Shown: piece by piece, positions 42,467 to 52,319 of the stretch
Layout: every line of letters starts with the position of its first letter
Position numbering within the stretch: the first letter of the stretch is position 1
Program-made: the position numbers and the translations under genes
The notes under the pieces: model-generated
What the model was told of the DNA's origin: nothing
Databases searched by the model: none
The model's input: only the letters and a program-made list of their open reading frames with translations
DNA from: an uncultured delta proteobacterium
GTDB taxonomy: Bacteria > Desulfobacterota > BSN033 > UBA1163
Assembly (NCBI GenBank): GCA_963827685.1
Contig: CAWHBU010000002.1
Coordinates: forward strand, 1,152,001-1,216,000
DNA: 64,000 bases
Direction: 5' to 3'

Positions 42467-42844
42467 GTGCTCTCAAATCTTGCCCTCCCCTTTCTTTGCG
42501 CAATCATTGTTTTGGGTGGAGGAATGAAGGTTATGGCTGATTCCTCCCACGATCTTTACTATTTTTATCAGGAGGGATGCTCAAAATGTAACCGAGTGAA
42601 CGTCCTTCTCAACCATATGGTTAAGAAGTATCCCCAATTGAATATCAAAGAGGTTGACCTCAATACACTGGACGGACAGCTTTTAAATGAAACCCTGTCC
42701 AACCGTCTCAATCTCTCTATGGAGAAACGTTTGATCGCACCAAGTATTTTTATTGGAAATGACTATATCTCTCCAGATGAAATCACAGAATCCAGGGTGG
42801 AGGCATTGATCCAGAAATACTTGAGAGGCTCAGAGAAGAGATGA
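42467..42844 (+). CDS. Exported thioredoxin/glutaredoxin-fold protein
   Basis: GTG start with GGAGG SD, hydrophobic N-terminus, FYQEGCSKC (CxxC), IAPSIFIG. Confidence 0.7.
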   Translation: MLSNLALPFLCAIIVLGGGMKVMADSSHDLYYFYQEGCSKCNRVNVLLNHMVKKYPQLNIKEVDLNTLDGQLLNETLSNRLNLSMEKRLIAPSIFIGNDYISPDEITESRVEALIQKYLRGSEKR

Positions 42845-43065
42845 TAAAAACTCTTCCACTCCTACTTCTTTGTGCAATCATCATTGGATTATTAGTCTAC
42901 GGATCACGCATCCGAAATGAGGTATGGACTGATGAGATCCGGCTTTGGTTGAATTGCGTTAAGCACTCACCTCAGAAAGCCCGACCTTACAATATCCGCA
43001 GCGTCGGCATTCCTGCCTGCCGGCAGGCAGGTACTGCCGACGGCATCTTCAATCGCCCCCAATAA
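42841..43065 (+). pseudogene. Fragment of TMTC-like membrane/TPR protein truncated at a REPIN
   Basis: RNEVWTDEIRLW...SPQKARPYN motif, then runs into repeat sequence. Confidence 0.55.
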
Positions 43066-43078
43066 ATGGGGGCGCTAC
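42998..43078. repeat. REPIN-like doublet with nested 20-bp palindrome
   Basis: GCAGCGTCGGCATT[CCTGCCTGCCGGCAGGCAGG]TACTGCCGACG...GGGGGCGCTAC. Confidence 0.75.
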
Positions 43079-43111
43079 AAATTCTACTGCAAATTTAAAG
43101 GAAGGACGTTA

Positions 43112-43939
43112 TTGAATCCTGAACCAACCCCTCCGGTCGCCATCCGTTTGACCAATGTGAAGAAATATTTCAAAGACCGTGATGTGGAAGCCCTGGATGG
43201 GATCAACCTCGAGGTCGCTCAGGGTGAGTTCGTCTCCCTCATCGGTCCGTCCGGATCGGGAAAGAGCACGCTTCTTGAGCTTTTGGGGGATATTGGCGAT
43301 GAGGGTGGTCCTACGGATGGAGAGATGCTTATCGAAGAGAAGACGCCCCAAGAACTGAGGCAAGCAAGAGGATATGGAATTGTCTTTCAAGATTCTACCC
43401 TCTTTCCCTGGTACCGAGTCTTTGAAAATTGCCTTTTGCCCTTTCGGATTGCGAAAAGCAAACTCCGAAAAGAAGAGCAAGTGAAGCGGATTGAATCGTT
43501 ATTGGAAATGGTAGGCTTGGACAGAAAATTCTGGTCTTATTATCCTAAAGAACTCTCTGGAGGAATGCAGCAGAGAGTGGCGATCGTCAGAGCCCTTGCT
43601 CTGGACCCTCCCCTTCTCTTGATGGATGAACCCTTTGGTGCTCTGGATGATCTCACTCGAAAATCGATGCAGATGCTTTTACTCGATATCTGGGCAAAAA
43701 CAAGAAAAACCATCCTGATGGTGACCCACTCGATTTCTGAGGCCTGTTTCATGTCAGACCGGGTAGTCGTCCTCTCCCACCGCCCTGGCCGTATCGTCCG
43801 TATGATCTCCATCCCCCTGGACAGACCCCGGGATCGATCCATGACAGAGACCAAGGCATTCGCCAGAATCTGCGGAATGGTAAGGGAGGCATTAGGTTCT
43901 GGAGGAGGATTGGAGGAGGATACGCTGATCAGAGAATAA
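43112..43939 (+). CDS. ABC transporter ATP-binding protein (NitT/TauT family)
   Basis: GPSGSGKS, LSGGMQQR, LLMDEPFGALD, VTH. Confidence 0.93.
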   Translation: MNPEPTPPVAIRLTNVKKYFKDRDVEALDGINLEVAQGEFVSLIGPSGSGKSTLLELLGDIGDEGGPTDGEMLIEEKTPQELRQARGYGIVFQDSTLFPWYRVFENCLLPFRIAKSKLRKEEQVKRIESLLEMVGLDRKFWSYYPKELSGGMQQRVAIVRALALDPPLLLMDEPFGALDDLTRKSMQMLLLDIWAKTRKTILMVTHSISEACFMSDRVVVLSHRPGRIVRMISIPLDRPRDRSMTETKAFARICGMVREALGSGGGLEEDTLIRE

Positions 43940-43940
43940 C

Positions 43941-44018
43941 AGTTCGGAGTTCGGGGCGATGAGTTCGGAGTAAGAAATATTCAAAAAAACTCCGAACCCC
44001 GAACTAATTACTCCGAAC
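43941..44018. repeat. Inverted heptamer repeat (AGTTCGG)n
   Basis: AGTTCGGAGTTCGG...CCGAACCCCGAACT; half-copies near 7981 and 39333. Confidence 0.6.
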
Positions 44019-44173
44019 GAGAGTTGTGAAACTCAGGATTTGACCTTACAAACACTGTCAAGTCAGGCAACCCCTCCTTCCTAAAATCTGGACTTCAAAA
44101 AAGTTGAGAAAAGGTGTATATTACAAACCGTAATCGAGATTTTAGGAGAAACATCGCAGCAGCATAAAAAATA

Positions 44174-44314
44174 ATGTTTTTCGCAACTATAGGAATCTGT
44201 CGTATTGGAAATTCCTGCAGGATTCGTCTTCTTGTAATTGTTCATACAGAAAGAGGAGAAAAAATCAGAATAATAAGCGCAAGAAAAGCAACCAAGATAG
44301 AAAGGAAGCAATAA
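44174..44314 (+). pseudogene. brnT: BrnT toxin remnant (C-terminal half)
   Basis: RLLVIVHTERGEKIRIISARKATKIERKQ-stop; N-terminus missing. Confidence 0.7.
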
Positions 44315-44321
44315 GAAAAAA

Positions 44322-44522
44322 ATGCCAAAAGATCCAGACATGCTTGAAGAATATGATTTCAGCAAAGGTGTTCGGGGAAAATATGCAAAAAAGTATGCGG
44401 AGGGAACAAATGTTGTAGTCATCGAGCCCGATGTTGCGAAGATTTTCCCCGATCATGACTCTGTAAATCAAGCTTTGAGATCACTCGCAGAAATTATTAA
44501 ACGGCAAAAAAAGGTCGCATGA
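44322..44522 (+). CDS. BrnA-like antitoxin
   Basis: EYDFSKGVRGKY...PDVAKIFPD..SVNQALR, directly after the brnT remnant. Confidence 0.75.
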   Translation: MPKDPDMLEEYDFSKGVRGKYAKKYAEGTNVVVIEPDVAKIFPDHDSVNQALRSLAEIIKRQKKVA

Positions 44523-44591
44523 CAACGGGAGTGCTCAAGGCAACGTAGATGAGTGCCCAAGGGAGCGTAGGGAAGTCTGTAAATTAAGTAC

Positions 44592-44657
44592 GGACAAGCG
44601 CCTCTGGACTTCACAAAATAATTTAAAATATTTAAGTGCGCCCCCCAAAGGCCACCC
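44592..44657 (+). repeat. ~65-bp direct repeat, copy 1
   Basis: GGACAAGCGCCTC..GACTTCACAAAATA.TTTAAAATATTTAAGT; second copy at 49355-49417. Confidence 0.75.
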
Positions 44658-44709
44658 CGGAAAAGGGTGAGTGGACCATGCGCTATGCCGTGAAAGGAGG
44701 AAAGAGACC

Positions 44710-45915
44710 ATGAGAAATAAGTTGATTGGTAGAAGAGATTTCATGAAATCAACACTCGCTGGGCTTGGCGGATTATTTTTTGTTCCTAAGATTGATATGA
44801 AACAGGAGTTGAGGGTTATTGATGCGAAGGGGAAGGAAAAGAAATTTGTTTACCGAACCCTTGGAAAGACGGGGATCAAGGTTCCAGTGGTCAGCATGGG
44901 GGTGATGAATACTGATGATCCGAACCTTGTCCGGGGGGCGCTGGATTCCGGTATGGTGATGCTCGACACCGCTCAAACGTATCGAAGAGGCCGAAATGAA
45001 GGAATGATTGGAGAGGTGCTTAAAGGACGTCCCAGGGATTCTTATGTCATTGCCACCACAGCGCGCCTCCCAAAGAATCAAATAACCGGTCTTTATACAG
45101 AAGAGGCAACCGAAGAAGCTTTTCTTAAGAAAGTGGACAGCAGCCTTAAAAATTTAGGACTGGACTATGTAGACATTTATCACCATAACGACGTACGGAA
45201 GAAAGAGTCGGCCCTGTATGAACCCATTTTGAAAGCATTGGAAAAGGTGAAAAAGGAGGGGAAGGCTCGCTTTGTAGGGATCACCACCCACATGAATGAG
45301 CCAGAGGTCATTGGTGCAGCCGTCGATTCGAAATTCTACGATGTGATTTTGACATCCTATCATTTTCAACAGAAGCATTACGCTGAGGTGAGAAATGCTA
45401 TTGCCGGAGCAGCGCAGGCTGGCATTGGAATTGTTGGAATGAAAGCCATTCGAGGCTGGTCCAGGCAGACTCCCTCTGTGAAGAACGCGGCCACAGCCCT
45501 GAAGTGGGTTCTCCAGGACCCAAACGTACATACCATCGTCCCTGGATTCACGACATTTGAAGAGATGAATATTGACCTCAACGTTATGGAAGATCCCTCC
45601 CTGACAGATTCTGAAAAGAAAGACCTGCAAAAGGAGGTTTCCCTGCCTGGATTATACTGTCAGGGTTGCAGGCAATGTTTGGGGCAATGTCCGGAGCACC
45701 TACCTATCCCTGATTTAATGCGCGCCTATATGTATACTCATGGCTATCGTAATCTTACACATGCTCAAGATCTCATATTGTCCCTGAATCTTCCCACCAG
45801 GGTTTGTGAGGATTGTTCTCAGTGCCAGGTGAGATGTTCGATTGGATTTAACGTTTCTGGTAAGATTCGAGATGTAGTCCGTTTAAGAGATATTCCGCCG
45901 GCGTTCATTGGATAA
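44710..45915 (+). CDS. Aldo/keto reductase with Tat signal and C-terminal Fe-S domain
   Basis: GRRDFMK, YRTLGKTG, LDTAQTY, SLKNLGLDYVD, CQGCRQCLGQCP. Confidence 0.88.
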   Translation: MRNKLIGRRDFMKSTLAGLGGLFFVPKIDMKQELRVIDAKGKEKKFVYRTLGKTGIKVPVVSMGVMNTDDPNLVRGALDSGMVMLDTAQTYRRGRNEGMIGEVLKGRPRDSYVIATTARLPKNQITGLYTEEATEEAFLKKVDSSLKNLGLDYVDIYHHNDVRKKESALYEPILKALEKVKKEGKARFVGITTHMNEPEVIGAAVDSKFYDVILTSYHFQQKHYAEVRNAIAGAAQAGIGIVGMKAIRGWSRQTPSVKNAATALKWVLQDPNVHTIVPGFTTFEEMNIDLNVMEDPSLTDSEKKDLQKEVSLPGLYCQGCRQCLGQCPEHLPIPDLMRAYMYTHGYRNLTHAQDLILSLNLPTRVCEDCSQCQVRCSIGFNVSGKIRDVVRLRDIPPAFIG

Positions 45916-46163
45916 TAAATCCCTCCCGGCCTCCCTTTTGGGAAAGGGGAGGAAACAATTTGTTCCTCCTTTCGTAAAGGGGGATTTGAGTTTTCGAAAA
46001 AGTCGCGATTTGATATTCATATATTCAGTTGGAAGCGATACAAGCTTTCACTCGGTAATCTTCAATTCCTTTGGCATCGGGTAGCTGAACATTCGTAGGT
46101 GGAAACGGTAACCTGGTTTCTTATCTCTTCCTTCCTCCTACCAGTAATTGTGTTATAGAGAGA

Positions 46164-46716
46164 GTAAAGAACCCCGCCTACAAGGCGGGGCTTTAAAACC
46201 CTTAAAACAATTTTAGTTGCTTACCATGAACCTCGTCTCGATGATATTTGATGTAGCGCTTGATCAAATCCGCCGTGATTTTATCCCCCACGGTCCTCGC
46301 AAAATACCCATCCTCCCAAAATTCCCCTCCCCAAAGCTCTTTCTTCACTTCCGGAAATTCCTCAAATATCTGACTCGCAGAAATACTCTTCAGCATCCCT
46401 ACTACCCGTGCAATCGAATATCTCGGCGGAAAACTCAAGAATATATGAACATGATCCGGTGCCACTCTCATCTCCTGAATGTCAAAACCATAATTTTCTG
46501 CAACTTCTCCAAATATCTCCTGCGCCTTATCCCTGATATCTTGTCTCTTAATCCATTTCCGATACTTCGGCGCCCATACCAAGTGATATTTTGTGTCATA
46601 GACAGCGTGAGCAGCTCTTCGGATAGTCATGCACTTTCATATACCACATTTTTCTGCCTTCAGCAGACGCATCTTTCATCCCCGTCCACAGGAAGGGGTT
46701 TTCAGATGCGATTTTA
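46164..46716 (-). mobile_element. IS200/IS605-family element, second type, 553 bp
   Basis: Starts GTAAAGAACCCCGC like copies 1 and 2; has subterminal hairpins; followed by ATAAA. Confidence 0.88.
46202..46630 (-). CDS. tnpA: Y1 HUH transposase TnpA
   Basis: YHLVWAPKYR, DHVHIF, FWEDGYF, YIKYH. Confidence 0.95.
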   Translation of the reverse strand: MTIRRAAHAVYDTKYHLVWAPKYRKWIKRQDIRDKAQEIFGEVAENYGFDIQEMRVAPDHVHIFLSFPPRYSIARVVGMLKSISASQIFEEFPEVKKELWGGEFWEDGYFARTVGDKITADLIKRYIKYHRDEVHGKQLKLF

Positions 46717-46873
46717 ATAAACTAGAGAGAGTGAAAGGCAGGAGAACGAACTTCTTCCTGGGTCAAGAGCCCTAACTTCAGTGTGTTCCCTGCCTCAAAT
46801 GCCCCTCTCGCGCTGCTGACACCACTCCTGCCGAAATCCCCCTCTCCACCGACACAACACGTTGTACACCTGC

Positions 46874-46902
46874 TTGACATGCAAGGCCGCTTCTCTTATT
46901 CT
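46874..46902 (+). promoter_or_regulatory. Sigma70-type promoter
   Basis: TTGACA-17 bp-TATTCT. Confidence 0.55.
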
Positions 46903-47211
46903 TGTCTCAGCAAGTTCTTATTAGAAAAATCAAATAGAATCAGAATATCAGAAGAAAGAATGAGATCAGACAGATCACGGAGTCAGGACTTTCTGGTAGT
47001 GGTGCCGGGTTCAGAACCGAAAGTCCGATAGGCTCCTAGCGCAATGAAACGCTACTCGGAAGCGAAGAGTTCATAGATAACCTTGAACCCATAATGGAGC
47101 AGATGCTTAGGTAACTAAAGTCGGAACCGAAAAGAAACAGATCGACGAATTGAGAATGAATATCCCCCGCATTCTTCCCCAGTTACGCCAATCAGGCAAA
47201 GGAGATCGATA

Positions 47212-49350
47212 GTGCACACCACAGTGAATAGAACTGATAGGCCAGACGCATCCTACTCTAGCAAGACTGCCGACAGAATCGACAAGGATGGCCACCCGTG
47301 GGAGGTAATTGCGCTTGTCACAGTACTCATCTTTGCTCTAGTGTTCCGTTTGTGGGGCTTAGATCAGAATGGGTGGGGTGCCGAGTATTATACCGCCGCG
47401 GTACGGAGCATGGTAATGAACTGGCACAACTTCTTTTACACCGCCTTTGACCCGGCCGGGTTCATCTCCGTTGACAAGCCTCCGGTCGCACTATGGCTTC
47501 AGGTCATCAGCGTTAAGTTGTTCGGCTTCCATCCTTTGAGCATCCTCATGCCCCAAGTCCTTGAGGGCGTCGGTTCGGTTTGGATCCTCTTTCATCTGGT
47601 GCGGCGCCGTTTTGGCGCATCAGCCGCCTTGCTGTCGGCCCTTTTCCTTGCCATTACACCAGTATGGGTCGCAGTCAACCGCACAAACAATACCGATAGT
47701 TGCCTTGTGCTGGTTCTCCTGCTGGCCACTTGGGCTCTGTTGAAGGCGGCTGAAGAAGGAAATCCGGCACTGCTGTTCTTGTCCGCTGCGCTGATCGGCC
47801 TCGCGTTCAATGTCAAGATGCTGGCGGCTTACGTCGTGCTTCCAACCTTCTTTGTGGTGTACTTTTTCGGTGCGCCTCAGCACTGGCAGCGTCGGCTCAT
47901 TCACCTGGGAATGGCTACGATCATTGTGGTCGCAACGTCTCTGCCTTGGGTCCTTATGTACGAATTGACGCCGGCGGAGGCCAGGCCGTTCGTTGGCAGC
48001 AGTCATCGAAACTCGATGTTGGAATTGGTGGTCGGCCATAACGCCATGAATCGATTCGTATCACCGGCGAAATATTCAAGGGCCGACACGCACGGACAGG
48101 GGACGCCGAGGGCGGCAAACGCGGGTACAGAATCACCTCTCGGAGCGCGTGCAGAGGGCAGGACTTTCAATGAATTATCGCGGCTCTTCGTGCGCACCCC
48201 GACAGGCCCGCTACGGCTGGCTGCCGGTCAACTCGCCGGACAGGTCGGGTGGCTATTCCCATTTGCAGCCATTGGACTCCTCCTGGGTGCGCGTCAAAAC
48301 AGATTTCGTAGACCGCTCACCTCGAGACATCTGTCCCTGCTGTTTTGGTGCTGCTGGACCTTAACCTACGCTGGCGTGTATAGCTATTTGGGCGGCATCA
48401 TACATTTTTATTATCTTTCAACCATGGCGCCTGCTTTGGCGGCGTTGGCCGGCATTGGTATTGTGAGCTTGTGGACTGATTACCGTCAAAGGACTTTATA
48501 TGCCGCCCTTCTCCCGGTGACTCTGCTGATGACGGCTGTCTGGCAGCTCTATATCCAGGCGAGTGCCCTCGGTTGGTCACTCAACCAGTTCACAGACCTG
48601 TCGAACAATTGGCTGAGCTGGCTTCATATCGCGTTAACTGGCGGGACCCTCGTCGCTGCCGCAGGGTTGCTTCTGATTCGGTTTCAGAGTGCATCAAACC
48701 AGGCAACTTATGGTCTTGCCGTGGGCTCGCTCACAATCGGGCTCACGGCGGTACTGGTACTCCCTGTCGCGTGGGCATTAAGCAGTGTGTTCCTGCCCGG
48801 TCAGGGTGTGCTTCCCTCATCAGACCTGTACCGGCTAGTAGCTGTTTTCGGCAATGACGGCCCGCGTGTACGCGCTAAGCCTAGGCAGTCAGTAGACATC
48901 TCGAAACTGGTTGCTTTCCTAAAAGCTAACCGCAAAAGTGAACGCTACTTGCTAGCGACCTCAACTACCGAGCTTGCCGCTCCGATCATTATCAGCACGG
49001 GCCAGCCCGTGATGGCAAGAGGTGGTTTCCATGGACTTGATCCCGCTCTAACCCCGGAGACGCTCGCGCGAATGGTTGAGGCCAAGCAGATTCGTTTTGT
49101 GATGATTGGTGACGTTGCGATCGTCAGTCGGAGGATGGGCGCCCGCACAGCCGGGAAATGGGTTGCTGGTTGGGTGCGAGCGAACGGCAAGCTCGTAGAT
49201 CCAGCTTTGTGGCGAACAATCCGTACGACGCACGGCATGCAACTTTATGACCTGCGACCTGAGACCGGCCTTGTTCTGACTTCATCGATCACGGGTGAGC
49301 GTAATGGTCAAATAGAGGGGAACGTCACTGTAGTTAAGCCTGTTAAATAA
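47212..49350 (+). CDS. GT-C membrane glycosyltransferase (family 39, ArnT/YkcB-like)
   Basis: YYTAAVRSM..NWHNFFY..FDP.GFISVDKPP, GLAFNVKML, HFYYL, multiple TM helices. Confidence 0.88.
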   Translation: MHTTVNRTDRPDASYSSKTADRIDKDGHPWEVIALVTVLIFALVFRLWGLDQNGWGAEYYTAAVRSMVMNWHNFFYTAFDPAGFISVDKPPVALWLQVISVKLFGFHPLSILMPQVLEGVGSVWILFHLVRRRFGASAALLSALFLAITPVWVAVNRTNNTDSCLVLVLLLATWALLKAAEEGNPALLFLSAALIGLAFNVKMLAAYVVLPTFFVVYFFGAPQHWQRRLIHLGMATIIVVATSLPWVLMYELTPAEARPFVGSSHRNSMLELVVGHNAMNRFVSPAKYSRADTHGQGTPRAANAGTESPLGARAEGRTFNELSRLFVRTPTGPLRLAAGQLAGQVGWLFPFAAIGLLLGARQNRFRRPLTSRHLSLLFWCCWTLTYAGVYSYLGGIIHFYYLSTMAPALAALAGIGIVSLWTDYRQRTLYAALLPVTLLMTAVWQLYIQASALGWSLNQFTDLSNNWLSWLHIALTGGTLVAAAGLLLIRFQSASNQATYGLAVGSLTIGLTAVLVLPVAWALSSVFLPGQGVLPSSDLYRLVAVFGNDGPRVRAKPRQSVDISKLVAFLKANRKSERYLLATSTTELAAPIIISTGQPVMARGGFHGLDPALTPETLARMVEAKQIRFVMIGDVAIVSRRMGARTAGKWVAGWVRANGKLVDPALWRTIRTTHGMQLYDLRPETGLVLTSSITGERNGQIEGNVTVVKPVK

Positions 49351-49354
49351 ATAT

Positions 49355-49417
49355 GGACAAGCGCCTCGGGACTTCACAAAATAGTTTAAAATATTTAAGT
49401 ACGTCCCCAGGGCCACC
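49355..49417 (+). repeat. ~65-bp direct repeat, copy 2
   Basis: Matches 44592-44657. Confidence 0.75.
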
Positions 49418-49495
49418 TTTTTGGAAGCACACTTACCTGCCGACTGAATGCAACATCAAGGTAAAGTCGTCCCCCCTCTGGACTCCATCAAGGCA

Positions 49496-50776
49496 TCACA
49501 AAAATCTTTTTGCCTTTGGTCGGCGAAGCCACCAAAATCCAAAGCCAAAGATGACGATCAGTCCGCAAAGGATTCCAACCAGGATTGGCCAGGGAGGAAT
49601 TAGGCTCTTCTCCACATCCGAAGACGCAAGGAGATTGACTTCTTTGGCCACCTTGCCTTCGTTTTGGACAAGAACTCTTGCTACCACCTGACCTTTTTGA
49701 ATAGGAGCAACGACAAATTGTGGCAATTGGGGAACAACGGAAACTAAATTTTCCTTGCCCTTCCCCACAGTCACCCACCCCTCCTCTGCAGCGGTCAGAA
49801 CAAGCTGATTCAACTTTCCTCTCTTCACCTTCACAGGGCCAAATGTTGCACCCTTCTTAACTCCTTCTACTGTGGAGAAATTCTTAAAACCATATTCCAA
49901 TAGTTTCTGCGCCTCGGGCCCCCTTTTCCTCATCTTGTCGCAACCCATCACCACAGCAATCATCCTCTGTCCATCCCTCTTCGCTGTGGCGGTCAGATGA
50001 TAACCCGCTTCCTGAACATGTCCTGTCTTTAATCCATCCACCCCAATGTTTTTTTGGAGAAGGGTATTTCGATTTTCCTGATGAATGCCATTGTATTCGA
50101 ATTCAACCGTGGAATGGTAGACGAGTGCCTCCGGATGGTCCTCAATATAACGTTTCGCCAATATCGCCATCTCCATGGCCGTAGTATACTGACCGTCGGC
50201 AGGCATCCCATCGGAGTTCTTGAACTGAGAATCTTTGAGTCCCAGGAGCTTGGCTTTTTCATTCATCTTTTCAGCGAAGGCTTCCTCTGATCCCGACAGG
50301 TGTTCTGCCAGGGCGACGCACGCATCATTTCCGGAAGCGATAGCGACCCCCTTCAATAGATCCTCAATCTTGACCCGCTCTCCGACCTTGAGGAACATCG
50401 TTGAGCTATTGCTTTTATACGTTCTTTTCCAAGCCTTTTCACTCACTGTCACCATATCATCCATCTTCAATTGGCCTGCACGAATGGCATCAAGAACAAC
50501 ATAGAGGGTCATGACTTTGACGAAACTGGCAGGGGGAATTTTCAAATTGGGGTCCTGTTCATAAAGAACTTGGCCCGTGAGGCCATCCATCAAAAGTGCG
50601 GATCGGGCGTCGCATCGAAGGCTCCCTGAGGTCGCCTGGTTGGCTTGCTCCGTTTTGGTCCTCTCTGGAGTTTTTGCACTATGTGAGGCTTTGTGGGTCT
50701 TTGAGGTCTTAGTGGTCTTGGAAAGGATCTGGTTTGGAAAGATAATTAAAAATACAATCAGAAACAGGATGATCAT
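49496..50776 (-). CDS. dacA: D-alanyl-D-alanine carboxypeptidase (PBP5/6 family)
   Basis: PASFVK (SxxK), SGN (SxN), KTG, PBP5 C-terminal domain, C-terminal TM anchor. Confidence 0.92.
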   Translation of the reverse strand: MIILFLIVFLIIFPNQILSKTTKTSKTHKASHSAKTPERTKTEQANQATSGSLRCDARSALLMDGLTGQVLYEQDPNLKIPPASFVKVMTLYVVLDAIRAGQLKMDDMVTVSEKAWKRTYKSNSSTMFLKVGERVKIEDLLKGVAIASGNDACVALAEHLSGSEEAFAEKMNEKAKLLGLKDSQFKNSDGMPADGQYTTAMEMAILAKRYIEDHPEALVYHSTVEFEYNGIHQENRNTLLQKNIGVDGLKTGHVQEAGYHLTATAKRDGQRMIAVVMGCDKMRKRGPEAQKLLEYGFKNFSTVEGVKKGATFGPVKVKRGKLNQLVLTAAEEGWVTVGKGKENLVSVVPQLPQFVVAPIQKGQVVARVLVQNEGKVAKEVNLLASSDVEKSLIPPWPILVGILCGLIVIFGFGFWWLRRPKAKRFL

Positions 50777-50957
50777 CCAACCATTTTTTTCCGAAAATCA
50801 ATCATCTTTTTTCTCCTCCGAGTTTGCCCAGAAATTTTTCAAAGAGAATTATTCTTAACAGATTCAATTCCCATTTTCAATCTGAATATTGAAATAACCC
50901 GCCATCTTGGTTAGACTGAAATGTTAATAAACACTTTTATATAAACTCTGAATTTCC

Positions 50958-52097
50958 ATGGATAAAGAAACTTCTCTTTTGAAAATACTAAAGCAATTCG
51001 AGACGATCACTTCTGAGGGATATCGAGAAATCGCCTCTTCCCTCCCAAAGGACCGTGTTCCCATCGGCTTTTTCTGCCCCTATGTTCCTGAAGAGCTCAT
51101 CCATGCAGCCGGTGCGCTTCCGTTCCGGCTCATGGGCACGGCCATCAAGATGTCCCATGTCCAGGCACATCTTCCAGCCAACTGCTGCCATCTGGTTAAA
51201 TCTTCCCTCGAAAGCTTACTCCAAGGGGATCTCGATTTTTTAAAGGGAATCATTTTCAGCCATACCTGCGACGCCATGCAAGGGCTTGCCGATATCTGGG
51301 CTCTTCAGAGACGGATCCCTCTTCAATTCAATCTGATGATACCCTCACGTTTAGATTCCGAGCCGTCCCGCACTTACTTAAAGTCAGAGATAGAACGATT
51401 TAAGAACTTTCTGGAATCCAACGTGGGAAAAATCACTCCCCAGAGCCTCAAGGCCTCTATCCAGCTTTTTAATCGTATCAGGGAAAAACTCCGAGAGATT
51501 TACGCCCGCAGGCCAAAATGGTATAAACAAATCTCCGGGAGTGACTTTGCGCGGATCATTCGAGCAGGCTATCTGATTGATCGTCAACGATACCTCGAAC
51601 TCTTGAACGAATTTCTGGATGCGTTACCCAAAAAAGCAGAGGTGAGTGAAAATCCAGTTCCTGTTTATCTTGCTGGAAATATGATCCATGATGATCCCTA
51701 TTTCTCTTTAATCGAAGAGGCGGGTGCTGTCGTCGTCCAAGACGATCTTTGTAGCGGAACGCGATTTCTCCGCCTCATGGTCCCGGAAGATATTGATCCA
51801 ATGGAAGGACTCACCAATCGTTATCTGACATCCTTTATGTGCCCCACTAAGCATCAAGGGGCCTATGCCCATGGTGAGACCCTTTTAAAGGAGGTTCAAA
51901 AATCCGGGGCAAAAGGGGTCATCTTTCTTCTTTACAAATATTGTGAAACCCATTTTTTTGATTATCCGGATTTGAAACAGGCCCTTGAATCGAAAGGGAT
52001 TCCAACACTTCTTCTCGAAGTGGAAGACCCATCCTATTCCGTTGGGCAACTGAAGATCCGGGTTCAGGCTTTCATAGAAATGTTAAGCCCTATTTAA
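50958..52097 (+). CDS. 2-hydroxyacyl-CoA dehydratase / benzoyl-CoA reductase family subunit (HgdB/BcrC-like)
   Basis: CPYVPEELIHAAG, HTCD, DDLCSG, KYCE, RVQAFIEML. Confidence 0.88.
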   Translation: MDKETSLLKILKQFETITSEGYREIASSLPKDRVPIGFFCPYVPEELIHAAGALPFRLMGTAIKMSHVQAHLPANCCHLVKSSLESLLQGDLDFLKGIIFSHTCDAMQGLADIWALQRRIPLQFNLMIPSRLDSEPSRTYLKSEIERFKNFLESNVGKITPQSLKASIQLFNRIREKLREIYARRPKWYKQISGSDFARIIRAGYLIDRQRYLELLNEFLDALPKKAEVSENPVPVYLAGNMIHDDPYFSLIEEAGAVVVQDDLCSGTRFLRLMVPEDIDPMEGLTNRYLTSFMCPTKHQGAYAHGETLLKEVQKSGAKGVIFLLYKYCETHFFDYPDLKQALESKGIPTLLLEVEDPSYSVGQLKIRVQAFIEMLSPI

Positions 52098-52319
52098 ATA
52101 TTGGGCAAAGCGCATCGTGTAAGAATGGAAAATCCCAAATCATAAATTCCCTGCCTACCGGCAGGCAGGCAAATCCCAAATAAGCTCCAAATTCCAATTT
52201 TAAAATGACCGAAACAACTTCATTTGGAATTTTGGTAATTGGAATTTATTTGGGATTTGGTGCTTGCCCTGCACCCTATTAGGTACAGGGCTTGGAATTT
52301 GGTGCTTTAGAAAGAATGT

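Noticed and set aside
46072-46086. TGGCATCGGGTAGCT as a sigma54 promoter
   Set aside because: Spacing is one base too short and no gene follows
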